Assembly: GCA_029858845.1 (NCBI GenBank)
Contig: JAOUEG010000001.1
Location: 1 to 27,044, forward strand
Length of the DNA: 27,044 nucleotides
Reading direction: 5' to 3'
Source of the DNA: Chloroflexota bacterium
GTDB taxonomy: Bacteria > Chloroflexota > Limnocylindria > Limnocylindrales > CSP1-4
Made by a program: the position numbers and the translations under genes. Numbering within the stretch: position 1 is the stretch's first letter; the number at the start of each line of letters is the position of its first letter. The notes beneath the pieces are model-generated. The model ran no database searches, was not told where the DNA came from, and saw nothing but the letters and a program-made list of their open reading frames with translations. This document shows positions 23,469 to 27,044 of the stretch, piece after piece.

Positions 23469-24733
23469 CTCGTCCGCCGCTTCGCGTCGGGGTGCTTGGT
23501 GCCGGCACGGTCGGGCGTGCCGTCGTGGATGGATTGACGAACCATCCGGAGCGTCTCGTCGCGACTGATGGAGCGCCGCTGCGACTGGCGGGCATCGCCG
23601 TGCGCGACCTGGACCGGGCTCGCCTTGCCGGTCTGCCGGCGGAGCTGCTGACGGACGCGCCCGCCCACCTGGTGGCCGACCCCGATGTCGATGTCATCGT
23701 CGAGTTGATGGGAGGCGACGAGCCCGCACGAACGCTCATCGCCGCCGCGCTCGCCGCGGGCAAGGCGGTCGTCACCGCCAACAAGCACGTCATCGCCCAC
23801 CACGGCCCGGTCCTGGAGGCTGCCGCCCGTCGGACCGGGGCGGCGTTCCGTTTCGAGGCGGCCGTTGGCGGGGGGATCCCCGTCCTGTCGCCCCTGGCCT
23901 CCGACCTCGCCGGCAACGAGATCCGGCGCGTCCGCGGGATCATCAACGGGACCACCAACTACATCCTCACCGCGATGGCGCAGGACGGTCGGTCGTACGA
24001 GGAGGTCCTGGCGGATGCCCAGGAACTGGGCTACGCCGAGGCCGACCCGAGCGGCGACGTCGAGGGTGACGACGCCGCCAACAAGCTCGTGATCCTGGCT
24101 CGTCTCGCCTTCGGTCGGTGGCTCGACCCGGCCACGATCGGCCGGCGAGCGCCCACCGCCCGGGGGATGGGCCGCCCGGGGATCACCGGTGTGACCGACC
24201 TCGAGATGGAGGGTGCGGCAGCCCTGGGCCTGACGATCAAGCTACTGGCGACGGCGACCCGACGCGACGACGAGGTGGAGGCGGCCGTCATGCCGACCGC
24301 GATCCCGGCGGACAGCCCGTTCGGGTGGACCGATGGCGTGGTCAACCGGGTCGAGGTGGATGCGGATCCGCTCGGCACCGTCAGGCTCGCCGGCCCCGGC
24401 GCCGGCGGTCCCGCCACGAGCAGCGCGGTACTGGGCGATCTCGTGGCCGTCGCCCGCGACCGCGGCTCCACGTGGGCCGGGCTGTTGCCCGCGACCGACC
24501 CGGCTGGGCCGGCTGCCGATCCCCTGGACGGTCCCCGCCACTGGTATGCATTCCTGCCGGCAGTCCGCGCCGACGTCCCGCTCCCCGGCGCCCTGGACCA
24601 CGCTGCCGCGGTGGACTTCGAGGACGGCACCGCGATCCGCAGTGAAGTCGTGTCGCTTGCCGAGGCCAAGGCGGCCTTCACGGCGATCCTGCCCGAGGGC
24701 GCGGACGTCACGCTCTATCCCGTCGATGACTGA
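23465..24733 (+). CDS. hom: Homoserine dehydrogenase, 422 aa (start 23465 or 23459)
   Basis: [67 protein letters not shown]. Confidence 0.95.
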   Translation: MTRPPLRVGVLGAGTVGRAVVDGLTNHPERLVATDGAPLRLAGIAVRDLDRARLAGLPAELLTDAPAHLVADPDVDVIVELMGGDEPARTLIAAALAAGKAVVTANKHVIAHHGPVLEAAARRTGAAFRFEAAVGGGIPVLSPLASDLAGNEIRRVRGIINGTTNYILTAMAQDGRSYEEVLADAQELGYAEADPSGDVEGDDAANKLVILARLAFGRWLDPATIGRRAPTARGMGRPGITGVTDLEMEGAAALGLTIKLLATATRRDDEVEAAVMPTAIPADSPFGWTDGVVNRVEVDADPLGTVRLAGPGAGGPATSSAVLGDLVAVARDRGSTWAGLLPATDPAGPAADPLDGPRHWYAFLPAVRADVPLPGALDHAAAVDFEDGTAIRSEVVSLAEAKAAFTAILPEGADVTLYPVDD

Positions 24734-25817
24734 TCGGCGATCCGAGGCGAGCCTGCAGGCCAGGCCCCGTCTTCTGGAGCGCTATCGCCGATTCCTGCCC
24801 GTGACGGACGCGACGCCCGCGCTCACGCTCGGCGAGGGTTTCACCCCCCTCGTGCACGCGCCGCGACTCGGTGCCGCCATCGGCGCGCCGAACCTGTACC
24901 TCAAGTTCGAGGGCCAGAACCCGACCGGCTCGTTCAAGGATCGCGGCATGGTGATGGCGGTGGCCAAGGCGATCGAGCGTGGCGCCCGGGCCATCGTGTG
25001 TGCCTCCACGGGCAATACCTCCGCGTCGGCGGCCGCCTACGGAGCAGCTGCCGGCCTCGAGGTCATCGTCATCCTGCCGCGAGGGCAGATCGCGCTCGGC
25101 AAGCTGCTCCAGGCGCTCGTCGCGGGCGCCAGGGTCGTCGCGGTCGACGGCAACTTCGACCAGGCGCTCGACATCGTGCGCCGCCTGGCCGAGCAGGACG
25201 ACCACCCTGTGACCCTGGTCAACTCGGTCAACCCGTTCCGCATCGAAGGGCAGAAGACCGGCGCTTTCGAGATCTGCGACGACTTGGGCAGGGCGCCGGA
25301 CGTCCTGGCGATCCCGGTCGGGAACGCTGGCAACATCACCGCGTACTGGGCCGGCTTCAAGGAGTACGCGGCGGTCGGGATGGTCGGCTCGACGCCGGCG
25401 ATGTGGGGGTTCCAGGCGGCCGGCGCCGCCCCGATCGTCCAAGGGCGACGGGTTGACCGGCCGGAGACGGTCGCGACCGCGATCCGCATCGGCAATCCGG
25501 CATCCTGGGAGCGTGCCGTTGCCGCTCGCGACGAATCCGGCGGCGGGATCGAGGCCGTGACGGACGAGGAGATCCTCGCCGCCTACCGGGACCTGCCCCG
25601 ACTCACCGGGATATTCTGCGAGCCCGCTTCGGCGGCCAGCATCGCCGGCGTCCGCAAGATGGCTGCGTCCGGTCGGATCGATCCGGATGCCACCGTAGTG
25701 GCTGTGCTCACCGGGCATGGCCTCAAGGATCCCGACACGGCCGGAACGCAGGTTCCGGGCGTCATCGAATCAGCACCGACTCTCGGGGCGGTCGCCGTCG
25801 CCCTCGGTTGGACGTAG
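24726..25817 (+). CDS. thrC: Threonine synthase, 363 aa
   Basis: [25 protein letters not shown] (PLP lysine), [30 protein letters not shown]. Confidence 0.96.
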   Translation: MTDRRSEASLQARPRLLERYRRFLPVTDATPALTLGEGFTPLVHAPRLGAAIGAPNLYLKFEGQNPTGSFKDRGMVMAVAKAIERGARAIVCASTGNTSASAAAYGAAAGLEVIVILPRGQIALGKLLQALVAGARVVAVDGNFDQALDIVRRLAEQDDHPVTLVNSVNPFRIEGQKTGAFEICDDLGRAPDVLAIPVGNAGNITAYWAGFKEYAAVGMVGSTPAMWGFQAAGAAPIVQGRRVDRPETVATAIRIGNPASWERAVAARDESGGGIEAVTDEEILAAYRDLPRLTGIFCEPASAASIAGVRKMAASGRIDPDATVVAVLTGHGLKDPDTAGTQVPGVIESAPTLGAVAVALGWT

Positions 25818-25827
25818 GGAGACGAAC

Positions 25828-26790
25828 GTGGTTGCCAACTGGCTTGCGGAACTCGATGGTCGCAGCGTCACGGTCGAGGCGCCCGCATCCTCCGCCAATC
25901 TCGGGGCTGGATACGACTGCCTGGGTGTCGCCCTTGCGCTGGTGAACCGTGTCGAGGTCGAGGTCCGCTCCTGGAGTCGCGGCGAGATCGAGCTGGAGAT
26001 CGACGGCGAGGGTCGCGGCGAGCTGCCCGGGAACCACGAGAACCGCTTCGTTCGCGGCCTCGAGTCGGCGCTCGAGTCGGCGCGAGGGCCGCTCCCTGAC
26101 GGCGTCGGCTGGCGCATCAAGATGCACAACGAGATCCCCCTGGCGCGCGGCCTCGGGTCCTCCGCCGCCGCGACGACGGCGGGCGTCGTTGCCGCCAACG
26201 CGCTCCTTGACGGTTCGCTTGACCGGGCGACGCAGCTGCGGGTCGCGACCGAGGTCGAGGGCCATCCGGACAACGCCGCGGCCGTGCTCCTGGGTGGGTT
26301 CGTGGTGAGCGCGTTGACAGCGGAGGGAGTCGAGGCGGTCCGCTTCGATGTGCCGCGCGACCTTCGGGCGGTCCTGTTCGTGCCTGAGTTGCGCCTGTCC
26401 ACCGATGCCATGCGACGGGCGCTGCCGGCCAAGGTGCCCCTGGAGGACGCGGTCGCCAATCTCGGCGCCGTCGCGGTCGGCGTCGCGGGCCTCGCGGCTG
26501 GCCGGACGGACCTGCTGCGCCACCTGACCGTGGATCGGCTCCATGAGCCGTATCGAGCGAAGGCCTTTCCCCAGCTTCCGCGGCTCGTCGCGGCGGCCCG
26601 TGACGCCGGGGCCCTCGGCGCCTGCCTGTCCGGCGCCGGGTCCTCCGTCCTCGCCTTCACGGACTCGATGGCCGACATCACGAGGATCGAGGCAGCATTC
26701 GCGGCCGTCGCCGCGGATACGGATCTCGAGGGTCGCATCCGGGTCATCGAGCCGCGGAACGCGGGGGCCAAGGTCGTCGCGACGGCCTGA
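25828..26790 (+). CDS. thrB: Homoserine kinase (GHMP family), 320 aa
   Basis: SD AGGGAG before GTG 25828. PASSANLGAGYDCLG, IPLARGLGSSAA, EGHPDN, GACLSGAG. Confidence 0.95.
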   Translation: MVANWLAELDGRSVTVEAPASSANLGAGYDCLGVALALVNRVEVEVRSWSRGEIELEIDGEGRGELPGNHENRFVRGLESALESARGPLPDGVGWRIKMHNEIPLARGLGSSAAATTAGVVAANALLDGSLDRATQLRVATEVEGHPDNAAAVLLGGFVVSALTAEGVEAVRFDVPRDLRAVLFVPELRLSTDAMRRALPAKVPLEDAVANLGAVAVGVAGLAAGRTDLLRHLTVDRLHEPYRAKAFPQLPRLVAAARDAGALGACLSGAGSSVLAFTDSMADITRIEAAFAAVAADTDLEGRIRVIEPRNAGAKVVATA

Positions 26791-26829
26791 GCGCCCCGGG
26801 CCGCTTGACGGCCGGGCCAGACTCGTGGC

Positions 26830-27015
26830 ATGGACGGTCTCGGTCAGGCGGTCGGAGACGGCATCACGGGTCTCATGTCCGGGGCGTTCGACGCGATCGG
26901 CGCGGCGTTGCGCGGCATCGTGGACGCCGGCAACCGCGCGCTCCCGAGCGGTCTGTTCTGGGTCCTGATCTTCGTCCTCCTCGTGGCCGGAGCTTGGACC
27001 CTGGCCAAGCGCTAG
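26830..27015 (+). CDS. Small hypothetical membrane protein, 61 aa
   Basis: GC-rich coding-like codon usage. An amphipathic N-half is followed by one hydrophobic segment (LFWVLIFVLLVAGAWTL) and KR. CAGACT lies 6 nt before the ATG. Confidence 0.65.
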   Translation: MDGLGQAVGDGITGLMSGAFDAIGAALRGIVDAGNRALPSGLFWVLIFVLLVAGAWTLAKR

Positions 27016-27044
27016 GGTGCGATCAGGTTCCTTCCGTCCACTCC

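Noticed and set aside
26805-26810. TTGACG as a -35 element
   Set aside because: It is only 7 nt from the candidate -10 and falls largely in a hairpin loop.
27012-27044. Possible 3' end of a convergent minus-strand gene (GVDGRNLIAP*)
   Set aside because: Only 10 codons are visible, which is too little to support.

Overview
A gene-dense, very GC-rich (roughly 70% by eye) bacterial chromosomal segment. No phage, IS, CRISPR, tRNA or rRNA is recognisable. Several lipoproteins, no outer-membrane components (no BtuB or TolC) and a standalone SWIM protein suggest a monoderm organism, possibly Chloroflexota (inference). Gene order: partial PMM/PGM, cupin, SWIM Zn-finger protein; a minus-strand operon of three uncharacterised secreted proteins (propeller-like, matrixin-like with DExxH instead of HExxH, lipoprotein); a cobalamin riboswitch ahead of btuF-btuC-btuD-like genes; a lipoprotein; a class I/II aminotransferase; a four-gene FtsX/MacB-type ABC system (two giant permeases, two ATPases, one with an AbrB-like tail); trpS, AI-2E transporter and surE on the minus strand; an acyl-CoA ligase plus haloacid dehalogenase; hom-thrC-thrB; a 61-aa membrane protein. 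The most striking signal is the ~130-nt expression platform of the B12 riboswitch. It reads as two mutually exclusive sets of hairpins linking the aptamer to a terminator-like stem and to btuF Shine-Dalgarno (SD) occlusion, and it contains a 5-codon uORF. Many genes look leaderless. All RNA structures were paired by eye, not computed, and all protein calls come from motif recognition without database searches.
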